Shown: positions 17,988 to 30,414 of the stretch, one piece after another
How the letters are laid out: each line of letters begins with the position of its first letter
Position numbering within the stretch: the first letter of the stretch is position 1
Assembly: GCA_038251595.1 (NCBI GenBank)
Contig: JBBSBC010000001.1
Span: 1-61,745 of the forward strand
Origin: Phycisphaerales bacterium
GTDB lineage: Bacteria > Planctomycetota > Phycisphaerae > Phycisphaerales > UBA1924
Length of the DNA: 61,745 nt
Reading direction: 5' to 3'
Notes under the pieces: generated by a model
What the model saw: the letters and a program-made list of their open reading frames with translations, nothing else
Database searches by the model: none
What the model was told of the DNA's origin: nothing
Program-made: the position numbers and the translations under genes

Positions 17988-19577
17988 GTGACCCCTACCG
18001 CCGAACTGATTCAACCCGAGGTGCAGGAGCTTGTGCGCGATGGTGCGTACGGCGAACTTCGCGCTGCGCTGCGGGGGATTCCTTCGGCAGATGTTGCGGA
18101 TATTCTGGCGAGCCTTCAGCCGGACCAGGCGGCGGTTTGCTTCAGGTTTCTGCCGCGGGACGATGCGGGCGAGGTGTTTGCGTATCTGGATTCGGAACTG
18201 CAAGAGCTGTTGGTGGTGAAGCTCGGGGACAGTGCGCTGCGGGTGATCGAGGGCATGAGCGCGGACGACCGTGTTCGGTTGCTCGATGAGCTTCCGCCGG
18301 AGGTTGCGCAGCGGCTGATCACCAGCCTGCCGACCGAAGAGCGCAAGCAGACGCAGGCGATACTTGGCTATCCGTCGGGGAGCGTCGGTCGGTTGATGAC
18401 GCCCGACTACATCCGGCTGAGGCCGGAGTGGACGATTCAGTACGCGCTCGACCACGTGCGAAGGTACGGCAAGGATGCCGAGACCATCAACGTGATGTAT
18501 GTCGTGGATGACAAGGGGGTGTTGATCGACGATATCCGGCTGCGCACGCTGCTGCTGGCGGACCCGGCGCAGTCGGTCGAGAGTCTGATGACGCGGAACT
18601 ACATTGCGCTGCGGGCAGACCAGGCGCAGGAAGAGGCCGTGCGGGCGATGGCGCGGTACGACCGCATCGCGATGCCGGTGGTTGATTCGCGGGGCGTGCT
18701 GCTGGGCATCGTGACGATCGACGATGTGCAGGATGTTGCCGAAGAAGAAGCGACGGAAGACATCCAGAAGATCGGCGGTGTGCAGGCACTTGAAGAGCCG
18801 TACATCACCATGCCGGTGATCGGGCTGGTCAAGAAGCGTGCGCCGTGGCTAGCGCTCTTGTTCATGAGCGAACTGCTGACGACCTCGGCGCTCGGGCACT
18901 TTGAGGGTGAGATTGCCAAGGCGGCGGTGTTGGCGACGTTTATTCCGGCGATTATCTCGTCGGGCGGAAACTCGGGGTCGCAGGCGAGCACGCTGGTTGT
19001 GCGAGCGCTGGCGCTTCAGGAGATCAAGCTCAACGACTGGCTGCGCGTGCTGTGGCGCGAGTTGCAGTGCGGATTGATCCTGGGGTTGATGGTCGGCATG
19101 ATGGGCTTTATTCGGATCAATATCTGGGGTGCGCTGGGCCTGTTTGCCAAGGATTCGCCGGAGGCAAGCCACTTCACCGTGCTGGCCATAGCGATTTCGA
19201 CAACGCTTGTGGGCGTGGTGTTGTGGGGGAGCATCATGGGTGCGATGCTGCCGTTCCTGCTGAAGAGGTGTCGCCTGGATCCGGCGACGAGTTCGACACC
19301 GTTTGTGGCCACGCTTGTGGATGTGACGGGCATCCTGATCTATTTCTCGTGCGCGATCTTGATCTTGAGCAACACGATTCTGTCGGATCGGCGCGGGCCG
19401 ACGCACCAGTTTACCGGGGACACGGGCGACTTCGTGATCTTTACCAATGACAAGGGGCACCCGTCGGAAGTCATGCCCAAAGGCGAACCGAACCATCGGT
19501 TCCCGGTCTCCGACTACGCACCCGCTGGTTCACCGGAGGCTGCTCCACATCACACGCCCGATCTCCACCTGCCTTAA
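17988..19577 (+). CDS. mgtE: magnesium transporter MgtE, with a C-terminal extension of about 70 aa
   Basis: GTG start. MgtE_N region (ADILASLQPDQAAVCFRFLP), a tandem CBS pair, and a TM domain with IPAIISSGGNSGSQAS and PFVATLVDVTGILIYF. Confidence 0.9.
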   Translation: MTPTAELIQPEVQELVRDGAYGELRAALRGIPSADVADILASLQPDQAAVCFRFLPRDDAGEVFAYLDSELQELLVVKLGDSALRVIEGMSADDRVRLLDELPPEVAQRLITSLPTEERKQTQAILGYPSGSVGRLMTPDYIRLRPEWTIQYALDHVRRYGKDAETINVMYVVDDKGVLIDDIRLRTLLLADPAQSVESLMTRNYIALRADQAQEEAVRAMARYDRIAMPVVDSRGVLLGIVTIDDVQDVAEEEATEDIQKIGGVQALEEPYITMPVIGLVKKRAPWLALLFMSELLTTSALGHFEGEIAKAAVLATFIPAIISSGGNSGSQASTLVVRALALQEIKLNDWLRVLWRELQCGLILGLMVGMMGFIRINIWGALGLFAKDSPEASHFTVLAIAISTTLVGVVLWGSIMGAMLPFLLKRCRLDPATSSTPFVATLVDVTGILIYFSCAILILSNTILSDRRGPTHQFTGDTGDFVIFTNDKGHPSEVMPKGEPNHRFPVSDYAPAGSPEAAPHHTPDLHLP

Positions 19578-19629
19578 CCCCCGATCGAACCCAATCCGTA
19601 CCTTTGTGGTTGAGCCTGGACAATTTTGT

Positions 19630-20601
19630 ATGACTCGCATGAGTCTGGCAACACCGTCCGACTATTCGCTCGCGCGGGACCTGTGCTCGTATGGGTACTT
19701 CCTGCTCGAGCCGAATCTATGGGACCCGAAGTCTGGGGTCTATTCGACAACGTTGAATATCGAGGGTTTGGCGGTCACGGTGCGCGTCAGGCAGGGGGAG
19801 GCGATCGGCGCACCGCTCGTGGTTCGTGCGGATTGTGTGCTGGGTGCCTCGCAACGTCGCCATGTGCGTGAGCAGTTGGTACGGGTGCTGAGGCTTGATG
19901 AGCATGCCGCGACGATCGCAGAGTTTCATGGGATTGATCCTCGCTTTGCATCAACCGGACGCGGCCGCCTGATGCGGTCGGCGACGCTGTTTGAGGATGT
20001 GCTCAAGACGGTGACCAGTTGCAACGTGACGTGGCCGAGCACGCTGAACATGAATCGCCGACTGTGTGCGGTGTTTGGAACTAGATCCGCAAGCGGCGCG
20101 TATTCGTTCCCCACCGCGGCGAAACTAGCGCGGGCGAGGCCGACGACGCTCAGGGCGCGGTGCTCGGTTGGCTATCGCGATGTGCGGATGGTGGGACTTG
20201 CAAGGATCTTTGCGGCGGCGGAGCGTGGGAAGAGATCGGAACTCGATCTTGCGCGGCTGGTCGATTCCGGCACGCCCGATCAGGCGGTCTTTGATGCGTT
20301 GATTGAACTGCCGGGAATCGGGCCATATGCCGCGGCCAATATCCTGCAGTTGCTGGGGCGGTATTCAAGGTTGCCGCTGGATACCGAGTCGATACGGCAC
20401 GGAAAGACGGTGCTGGGGTTTAAGGGATCGCCAGCGCAGATCATGAAGAAGGTGAACGCTCACTATGAGCCGTTTGGTGCGCACAAGTTTCGATCGTATT
20501 GGTTTGAGTTGTGGTCGCACTATGAACAGAAGCGTGGGCCATCGTGGACGTGGGAGCGCGAGACCACGGGCAAGACGTTCACCGCCGCGTTGCTGGATTG
20601 A
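19630..20601 (+). CDS. HhH-GPD superfamily DNA glycosylase (AlkA-like)
   Basis: Helix-hairpin-helix LIELPGIGPYAAANILQLLG followed by a PLDTES catalytic-Asp region. The start is taken at MTRMSLATP. Confidence 0.65.
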   Translation: MTRMSLATPSDYSLARDLCSYGYFLLEPNLWDPKSGVYSTTLNIEGLAVTVRVRQGEAIGAPLVVRADCVLGASQRRHVREQLVRVLRLDEHAATIAEFHGIDPRFASTGRGRLMRSATLFEDVLKTVTSCNVTWPSTLNMNRRLCAVFGTRSASGAYSFPTAAKLARARPTTLRARCSVGYRDVRMVGLARIFAAAERGKRSELDLARLVDSGTPDQAVFDALIELPGIGPYAAANILQLLGRYSRLPLDTESIRHGKTVLGFKGSPAQIMKKVNAHYEPFGAHKFRSYWFELWSHYEQKRGPSWTWERETTGKTFTAALLD

Positions 20602-20626
20602 GGGTTCGACTGTGTTGCGTGCGCGA

Positions 20627-20776
20627 TCACACCGCGACGCGTGAGGGCGCGGGGCCGACAAAGACACCGGTGGGGCTATGCGTCTGGTAGTCGGAAAGAC
20701 TGAACCGGACGCGGCCGCGAACGCCGTTGGGGGTGAAGGTGAGCTGGGATTCGCTCCCGAGTTTGTGGGAGACCAT
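20627..20776 (-). CDS. possible small ORF (49 aa) downstream of carB
   Basis: ATG..TGA ORF MVSHKLGSESQLTFTPNGVRGRVRFSLSDYQTHSPTGVFVGPAPSRVAV. It is below the ORF-track cutoff. By hand count, most third codon positions are G/C, as in neighbouring genes. No family recognised. Confidence 0.3.
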   Translation of the reverse strand: MVSHKLGSESQLTFTPNGVRGRVRFSLSDYQTHSPTGVFVGPAPSRVAV

Positions 20777-20807
20777 GCAGCGGGCGGTTGTGGCACGCGA
20801 GGGCGAA

Positions 20808-24500
<3,693 letters not shown>

Positions 24501-24846
24501 GGGGAGGTGGGGGGTCAGGTGAAGGTGGCGTCAATATTTACAGGCGCAAACTCGCGAAGCGTATGCGCTCCAGGTCAGGAGGTTGGTCGGGGCCAAGCAA
24601 AAGCCGGGATTCGGCGCGGGCGGCCACCGACACTCTGGGTATTCGCACCAATTCCACGCATTTCGTCGAATTGCGATGACTCTAAAATCCGAACCGCGAT
24701 GCTGCTCGGATTCCTGCCGCCGTCTGTCGCACATTTGACATCGTCGCGCGTCGCGGCGGGTCATGGTCTTTGTGAGGTCAGGCGGCGACACCGATGGGTG
24801 TTGGTGCCTCACGTATGGGGCTTCATCCGTTGGTGCAGGGGTCGGG

Positions 24847-25752
24847 TTGGGTGCATTCAGGGAGATTCGATCATGCGTTCGTCAGCTCTTCTTTTTTGCC
24901 GTCGCGGCCACGTTCACTAGTGCAGGTCTGGCCGCGGGCCAATCCATCTACGGCATCACCCGTGACAACCGGCTTGTCTCGTTCAATGCCGCCGCTCCAG
25001 GCACGCTGATCAGCGATAACGCGATCTCAGGGCTTGCCTCGGGCGAGACGGTGCTGAGCATCGACGTTCGTCCGCTTACGGGCGAGATCTTTGTCATTGG
25101 CTCGAGCAACCGCATGTACTCCGTCACGCCCGCGGGCGCGGCGACCGGGATCGGCGCGGGGTTCAGCGCGCTGGCCAACTCGCAGGTCAGCTTCGATTTC
25201 AACCCCACGGTTGATCGGATGCGCGTGGTCGATTCGGCGGGACTCAACCGCCGCCTGAACCCGACCAACGGCCTCGACATCGCACCCGTGAACGACACGC
25301 CCCTGACATACGCGGCGGGGGGCACGCCTCGCGCCGCGGGTGTTGCCTACACCAACGCCCAGTTCGGGGCCAATGTGCCCATGGGCAGCATTCGCGAGTA
25401 CATTCTCGACTCCAACCTCAACATCCTTGGCGAGGTCGGCACACAGGCTGGCGGCAACGCATCCTTCAATGGTGGCGTGGTGACCCCGGTCGGTGCGCTG
25501 GGGTTCGATCTCGGGGATGATGCGGGCTTTGATATCTTTGGCCCGATCGGCACCGCCTACATCAGCGACCTGACCCCCAATGGTCCCCGCTTCTACACGC
25601 TCAACCTCAACACCGGTTTGGCGAGCTTTGTCGGCAACATTGGTGATGGCTCACGCCTGGTCACCGATATCTCCGCCGCGATTCCTTCGCCCGGCACCGG
25701 CGCGGCCGCATTGCTGGGCCTGGCGGTTCTGGCCCGTCGCCGTCGCGCTTGA
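24847..25752 (+). CDS. DUF4394-like secreted protein with a PEP-CTERM-like (IPSP...RRRRA) C-terminal anchor
   Basis: IYGITRDNRLVSFNAAAPGTL...ISGLASGETVLSIDVRPLTGEIFVIGSSNRMYSV...FDFNPTVDRMRVV matches the DUF4394 pattern. The start is uncertain: TTG 24847, or ATG 24873 via a 1-nt change in the T6 run. Confidence 0.75.
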   Translation: MGAFREIRSCVRQLFFFAVAATFTSAGLAAGQSIYGITRDNRLVSFNAAAPGTLISDNAISGLASGETVLSIDVRPLTGEIFVIGSSNRMYSVTPAGAATGIGAGFSALANSQVSFDFNPTVDRMRVVDSAGLNRRLNPTNGLDIAPVNDTPLTYAAGGTPRAAGVAYTNAQFGANVPMGSIREYILDSNLNILGEVGTQAGGNASFNGGVVTPVGALGFDLGDDAGFDIFGPIGTAYISDLTPNGPRFYTLNLNTGLASFVGNIGDGSRLVTDISAAIPSPGTGAAALLGLAVLARRRRA

Positions 25753-25754
25753 TC

Positions 25755-25799
25755 GATGATCAATCGATGGATGATCAATCGATGGATGATCAATCGATG
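25755..25799. repeat. 15-bp tandem repeat GATGATCAATCGATG x3 (contains TGATCA and ATCGAT palindromes)
   Basis: Read directly, immediately after the DUF4394 stop codon and before its terminator hairpin. Confidence 0.95.
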
Positions 25800-25852
25800 A
25801 TTGATCGGCGTCTGCGGGTTTCGGAAAGTTGCAGAACTCACGCACAGCACGA

Positions 25853-25890
25853 CCCCCCCGGCCAATGTGCCGGGGGTTTGTGATTTTGGG
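25853..25890 (+). terminator. rho-independent terminator
   Basis: Stem CCCCCGGC/GCCGGGGG (8 bp), loop CAATGT, then TTTGTGATTTT. Confidence 0.65.
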
Positions 25891-26009
25891 GATCTTGTCG
25901 CGTATTGCGTAGTAAACATGCGCAAGTTGAGGCTCACCCGCCGGATCGCTATGGTCGATAACCACGTTGTAGGACTGCATGTTGCCGCCCGCCGTGTTCA
26001 GATCATCAC

Positions 26010-27170
26010 ATGCTCGTCTCCCAAGCACACTCTTTCACTCAGCAAGCGCGACTCGCCATCACCCTGGCATGGGTGGCGGGCTACACCAACATCATCACGA
26101 TCATCACCTGTGCCACGGCGACCAGCCACGTCTCTGGCACGGTCGCGCAGTGGGGGCTTGATTTCGTTGAAAGGCGGTGGAGCCTCACGATCTTCACCTC
26201 GTTCCTTCTGCTGACCTTTCTGGCTGGCGCGGTGCTGTCAGCGATCTGCACCGAGTCGGGCAAGCGTCGTGGATGGGAGTCGATTTACATTCTGCCTATC
26301 GCGGTTCAGGCGGCACTGCTCTTGGCGGTCGCCGTACTGCTGGACTGGCACCACCACGGAACAACCGCAACGGGCGGGATGCTCTACGCCATGACCGGGC
26401 TGGCTTCGGGCGCGATGGGGCTTCAGAACGCGACGATCACACGCATATCGGGCGGTGTCGTTCGCACGACACACATGACCGGTGTCTTTACCGATCTTGG
26501 CCTTGAGGCTGTTCAGTTCTTCTACTGGTTGCGTGACCGTCACAAGGAGGATTCGGCTCGTCGAACGGACATGCTGGTTGACCGCGTGCGTGCCCATCCC
26601 ACCGCGCGACGGCTGGCGCTGCTTGTTTCGGTGGTGGCCTCGTTTGCGCTGGGTGCCGGGCTGGGCGCAAGCATGTACGACCACTTCCCGCGCTGGTCCA
26701 TGTTTGTTCCGGTGCTCTTTCTGCTCTGGATCATCTTGCAGGACGTTCGTGCCCCGATTTGTGAGATCGAGCTCTCCGAGCTTGTCGGCGGGGAGAATGG
26801 CCTGCACCTTCCCCATGGACTTGCGGTCTTTCACCTGCGCAGAGACCAGACCCGTCGCGGCAAGATCCACCGATTGCCAGACTTGCTGGGATGGTGCGAA
26901 CGGTTGCCTGCCACGACGCGGGTTGTCATTCTTGATCTTGGTGAAGTGACCGTGCTTGATGTCAACGCCGCGCTCGAACTTCGAGCCCTGATGAAGCAAT
27001 CAGGGGCACGAGGGCGGCGGATGGTGATCTCAGGCATCACCGGCGAGCAGTATCGATCGATGCGCAGTTCGGGCGCTGGTGATGTGCTTGATCCGACAAA
27101 CGTCTGTCCGGATCTGGAACTGGCCATAGCACGGGGAATGGTGCTTTTGGATGCGAATCCGGCAGAGTAA
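26010..27170 (+). CDS. DUF1275 (YoaK-family) membrane domain fused to a C-terminal STAS domain
   Basis: N-terminal part: LAWVAGYTNIITIITCATATSHVSGTV..., GLQNATITRISGGVVRTTHMTGVFTDLG. C-terminal part: VVILDLGEVTVLDVNAALELRALMKQSGARGRRMVISGI (STAS-like). Confidence 0.75.
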   Translation: MLVSQAHSFTQQARLAITLAWVAGYTNIITIITCATATSHVSGTVAQWGLDFVERRWSLTIFTSFLLLTFLAGAVLSAICTESGKRRGWESIYILPIAVQAALLLAVAVLLDWHHHGTTATGGMLYAMTGLASGAMGLQNATITRISGGVVRTTHMTGVFTDLGLEAVQFFYWLRDRHKEDSARRTDMLVDRVRAHPTARRLALLVSVVASFALGAGLGASMYDHFPRWSMFVPVLFLLWIILQDVRAPICEIELSELVGGENGLHLPHGLAVFHLRRDQTRRGKIHRLPDLLGWCERLPATTRVVILDLGEVTVLDVNAALELRALMKQSGARGRRMVISGITGEQYRSMRSSGAGDVLDPTNVCPDLELAIARGMVLLDANPAE

Positions 27171-27383
27171 TGGCCGTGGCGTTGGTCCGGCAGATGGTGA
27201 TTCAACGAACGAGCCATGGGATGTGCGCATGTACCGATTCACAGAACACAATCGGCGACGCTGATCACCAAAATCGCGAAACGCGATACAGTTCCGTTCT
27301 CCAAACCGCTATCCTCGATCATCAGTGCAGAGCACATCGCGGTTCCCATTCTCCGTGGAATTGATTCGACAAAGGAGCACCCC

Positions 27384-28418
27384 ATGCCCATTCGACTCGC
27401 GCTCATCGCCGCAATGCTCTCCACATCTATCGGTTCGGCGCAGCCGCCCGCCGCGACTGCCCCCGCGGATCCACCGGCGGCCCCAAATGCACCGAATGCT
27501 GCACCGCCTGTTAGCCCGCGCGAGAAGGTTCGCGAGCGCGTGCAAGAGCGTCTGTTCGACAATGTTGAAGTTCATAGGGACCTCGAGTACTGCAAGGTTG
27601 GCGATGCCCAGGCCGGAGAACGCTCCCTCAAACTTGACCTCTTCACACCCAAAGGTCTCGACGGCCCAGCACCTCTGGTCATCTGGGTTCATGGCGGCGG
27701 TTGGAGCCAGGGCAACAAGGACAACTGCCCCGCCCTCCCCTTCCTCCGCGATGGCTTCGCCGTCGCCAGTGTGCAATACCGCCTTACCGATGTGGCCCCT
27801 TTCCCCGCGCAGATTCACGATGTGAAGGCCGCGGTTCGCTATCTGCGTTCACATGCGAAAGAACACAATCTCGATCCGGCCCGCTTCGGTGCGTGGGGTG
27901 CTTCGGCGGGAGGTCATCTTGTCGCGCTGCTGGGCACATCGGGCGATGTGAAAGATCTCGAGGGTAACTGCGGCAACACTGCCCAGCCGAGCACCATCTC
28001 GAGTCGGGTTCAGTGCGTCTGCGACTGGTTCGGCCCGTCCGATTTCACCAACATGCCCGGTGCAGAGTTCGTCGCGGGTGGTGCGGTCGTCAAGCTGCTC
28101 GGCGGCAAGCCCAGTGAAAAGCCCGATGTTGCCGCCGCGGCCAGCCCAGTCACGCACATCACCGCCGATGACCCGCCGTTCCTCATCATGCATGGTGATG
28201 AAGACAAGGTGGTGGATATCCAGCAGAGCGAGATTTTGGAAGAAAAGCTCAGAAAGGCGGGGGTCTCGGTCAAACTCGAAGTTCTCAAGGGGCAGGGGCA
28301 CGGCTTTCGCACACGCGAATCGCTCGAATCTGTCCGAACATTCTTCAAAGAGCAGCTCAAGCCCCATGCGCCAGTTGCACCGGGCGCTACCCCGACGCCG
28401 CAGCCACCGACCAAATGA
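27384..28418 (+). CDS. secreted alpha/beta hydrolase (esterase/lipase-like)
   Basis: Signal peptide MPIRLALIAAMLSTSIGSAQ. Oxyanion HGGGW, nucleophile elbow GASAGGH and the HGDEDKVV region. AAAGGAG lies upstream of the ATG. Confidence 0.85.
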   Translation: MPIRLALIAAMLSTSIGSAQPPAATAPADPPAAPNAPNAAPPVSPREKVRERVQERLFDNVEVHRDLEYCKVGDAQAGERSLKLDLFTPKGLDGPAPLVIWVHGGGWSQGNKDNCPALPFLRDGFAVASVQYRLTDVAPFPAQIHDVKAAVRYLRSHAKEHNLDPARFGAWGASAGGHLVALLGTSGDVKDLEGNCGNTAQPSTISSRVQCVCDWFGPSDFTNMPGAEFVAGGAVVKLLGGKPSEKPDVAAAASPVTHITADDPPFLIMHGDEDKVVDIQQSEILEEKLRKAGVSVKLEVLKGQGHGFRTRESLESVRTFFKEQLKPHAPVAPGATPTPQPPTK

Positions 28419-28459
28419 TGGCTTGCGACATTTTCGGTTGCTGCCGGTAAGCTAAGGCC

Positions 28460-29749
28460 ATGACCACCAACATCATCAGTGCCTTCGGACTCATCGTGGT
28501 GGTTACCTTGGGCGCCAAGGCTGGCCAACCATTGCCGCCGACTTCAAAGCCCGCAGTGGCGAATGCACCCAATGAGCTGCCGAACGTTCTGCCGAGAGTT
28601 CCGGCCGATGGTGTGGCCCCGCAAGATCAAGTCTCGCAGGCCCGTTTGCTGGCCACGCTCCAATCGTTACCGACCAAGCGCTCCGCCAACGGCACCGACG
28701 AGCACCGCAAGGGGCTCCACGATACCGAAGAGCTGATGCTCGACAGCCTCCGCGCGCTCGGCTTTGCGCCGATGACCCACGAGTTTGATTTCCTCGGTTC
28801 ATCCCGTGATGGTCGCCGGCCTGCCCCATCCCTGAAACCCGACACACCCAACTACGCCCCAGATGCTGCACCCGTCGCGGCCGAGCGTCTGCCGTGGCGC
28901 AACATTATTGTGGAGATCAAGGGGCAGACCCGACCTGAAGAGGTCTTGATTTTCAGTGCGCACATCGACGCCGTCCCTGAATCGCCCGGGGCGGACGATG
29001 ATGGTACGGGCGTTGCCGCGATTCTAGAGATGGCACGCTTGTTGAAAGACCGACCCATGCAGCGCACGGTTCGTCTGTGCCTGTTCAATCTTGAGGAGGT
29101 CGGCCTGGTCGGGTCGCGCGCGTATGTGGAATCGATCGAAGAGGAGATCCTCGGCAAGATCATCACGCCCGCCAGCCCTGATAGTGGAAGGAAAGCTGAG
29201 CGCGCATCACCCACGATGAAGTTCGTGGGGATGGCCTCGATCGATGGTGTCGGGTACTTCACCGATGAACCCAACAGCCAGAAGAGCCCGATTCCGGAGA
29301 CCAAGTTTTTCAAGCCCCCGACCGTGGGCGACTTTCTGGCCATGGGCGGCATCGCCCGCCATCGAATGTTCAGCCAGGCACTGGATAAGGCCATGCGCCA
29401 GGCCGCGCCGGAGCTGAAGACGGTGGTTGTGGATTTCCTCCCGATCGCGTTGCCCGACCTGTTGCGGTCAGACCACGCGCCGTTTCTTGGCCTGGGTGTG
29501 CCCGCAGTGATCCTTGCGGATACCGCCAACTTCCGCAATCCGCATTATCACCAGCCCACCGATACGATTGAGACCCTCGACATGAAGCGGTTTACGGATG
29601 TGGTCCGTGGGTTGGTGGGCGCGGCCCACACGCTTGCTGGGCCAGTTGGCCAGCCACTCACAGAGCTTGTTCCGAAGCGGCCTGACGCACCCGCGCCGCC
29701 CGTGCTTCCTGAGTCGCGCACGACGCCCCAGCCGTTGAAGCGAGAATAA
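28460..29749 (+). CDS. M28 family metallopeptidase (aminopeptidase)
   Basis: SAHIDAVPESPGADDDGTGVAAILEMARLL, LFNLEEVGLVGSRAYV, SDHAPFLGLGVPAV, HYHQPTDT. Confidence 0.85.
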   Translation: MTTNIISAFGLIVVVTLGAKAGQPLPPTSKPAVANAPNELPNVLPRVPADGVAPQDQVSQARLLATLQSLPTKRSANGTDEHRKGLHDTEELMLDSLRALGFAPMTHEFDFLGSSRDGRRPAPSLKPDTPNYAPDAAPVAAERLPWRNIIVEIKGQTRPEEVLIFSAHIDAVPESPGADDDGTGVAAILEMARLLKDRPMQRTVRLCLFNLEEVGLVGSRAYVESIEEEILGKIITPASPDSGRKAERASPTMKFVGMASIDGVGYFTDEPNSQKSPIPETKFFKPPTVGDFLAMGGIARHRMFSQALDKAMRQAAPELKTVVVDFLPIALPDLLRSDHAPFLGLGVPAVILADTANFRNPHYHQPTDTIETLDMKRFTDVVRGLVGAAHTLAGPVGQPLTELVPKRPDAPAPPVLPESRTTPQPLKRE

Positions 29750-29750
29750 A

Positions 29751-29776
29751 AAAGCCCGCGCACGCGCTGGGCTTTG
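29751..29776. terminator. bidirectional terminator-like hairpin between convergent genes
   Basis: AAAGCCCGCG-CACG-CGC(T)GGGCTTT: an imperfect stem flanked by an A-run and a T-run. Confidence 0.5.
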
Positions 29777-29824
29777 ATGGGTGGTTCGTAGGTTGGAGGT
29801 GGGTCGTTGGGTAGGCGAGATCAC

Positions 29825-30139
29825 TCAGCCGACGACGTTCAGGCCTTTGACGATCCTGTCGGCGGTGGATTGCAGTTTATCTTCGCTCAAGTAGGTATCG
29901 GCGGCGATTTCAGCGCGAACTCGTGCGACCAGTTCCTTGCGGACCGGGGCGGTTGTGGGTGCGCGCTCGCTCAACTCGCGGGCTTGGGAGGAGATGTTGA
30001 CGGAGTCGGATGATCGGAGGCCCGCATCATCACCCGATCGAACACTGGCGACGCGGCTGCCCGCCGCGTTGTTCAACGTATCGGTACGTGGGGATGCACC
30101 CGCGCACTGGTTGCAGTTTATTGAAGCGATGGACGACAT
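29825..30139 (-). CDS. flgM: anti-sigma-28 factor FlgM
   Basis: The C-terminal VRKELVARVRAEIAADTYLSEDKLQSTADRIVKGL matches the FlgM sigma-28-binding helices. The N-terminus is disordered. The ORF extends up to 30160. Confidence 0.7.
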   Translation of the reverse strand: MSSIASINCNQCAGASPRTDTLNNAAGSRVASVRSGDDAGLRSSDSVNISSQARELSERAPTTAPVRKELVARVRAEIAADTYLSEDKLQSTADRIVKGLNVVG

Positions 30140-30414
30140 TGGTCGGCTCCTGACCCGCAAATCGGCACAATCGTTGGCCGATGGCGGGCGAATCGAGGTT
30201 CATGCGCGATCCGTCGCGAGCGAGTACTGTTCGCCGAGCCGATCCTGGCTCAACGTGCGGAGTCAACAGGGACTCCGCTTGCGAAATTACTGACGTACAG
30301 ATTATCGAACCGCTGGCTAAGATTCCTGCACAAGTGGATAGTGGCCGCCTGAACAGGGTGGTATCTAAGATATTGAGACGTAACGGGTTATGGTGATATT
30401 TCCAGGAGAATTTC

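Noticed and set aside
30285-30345. Sigma-28 promoter upstream of flgM (minus-strand TTCGATAA).
   Set aside because: Only the -10-like core matches. No TAAA-type -35 element occurs at the expected spacing.
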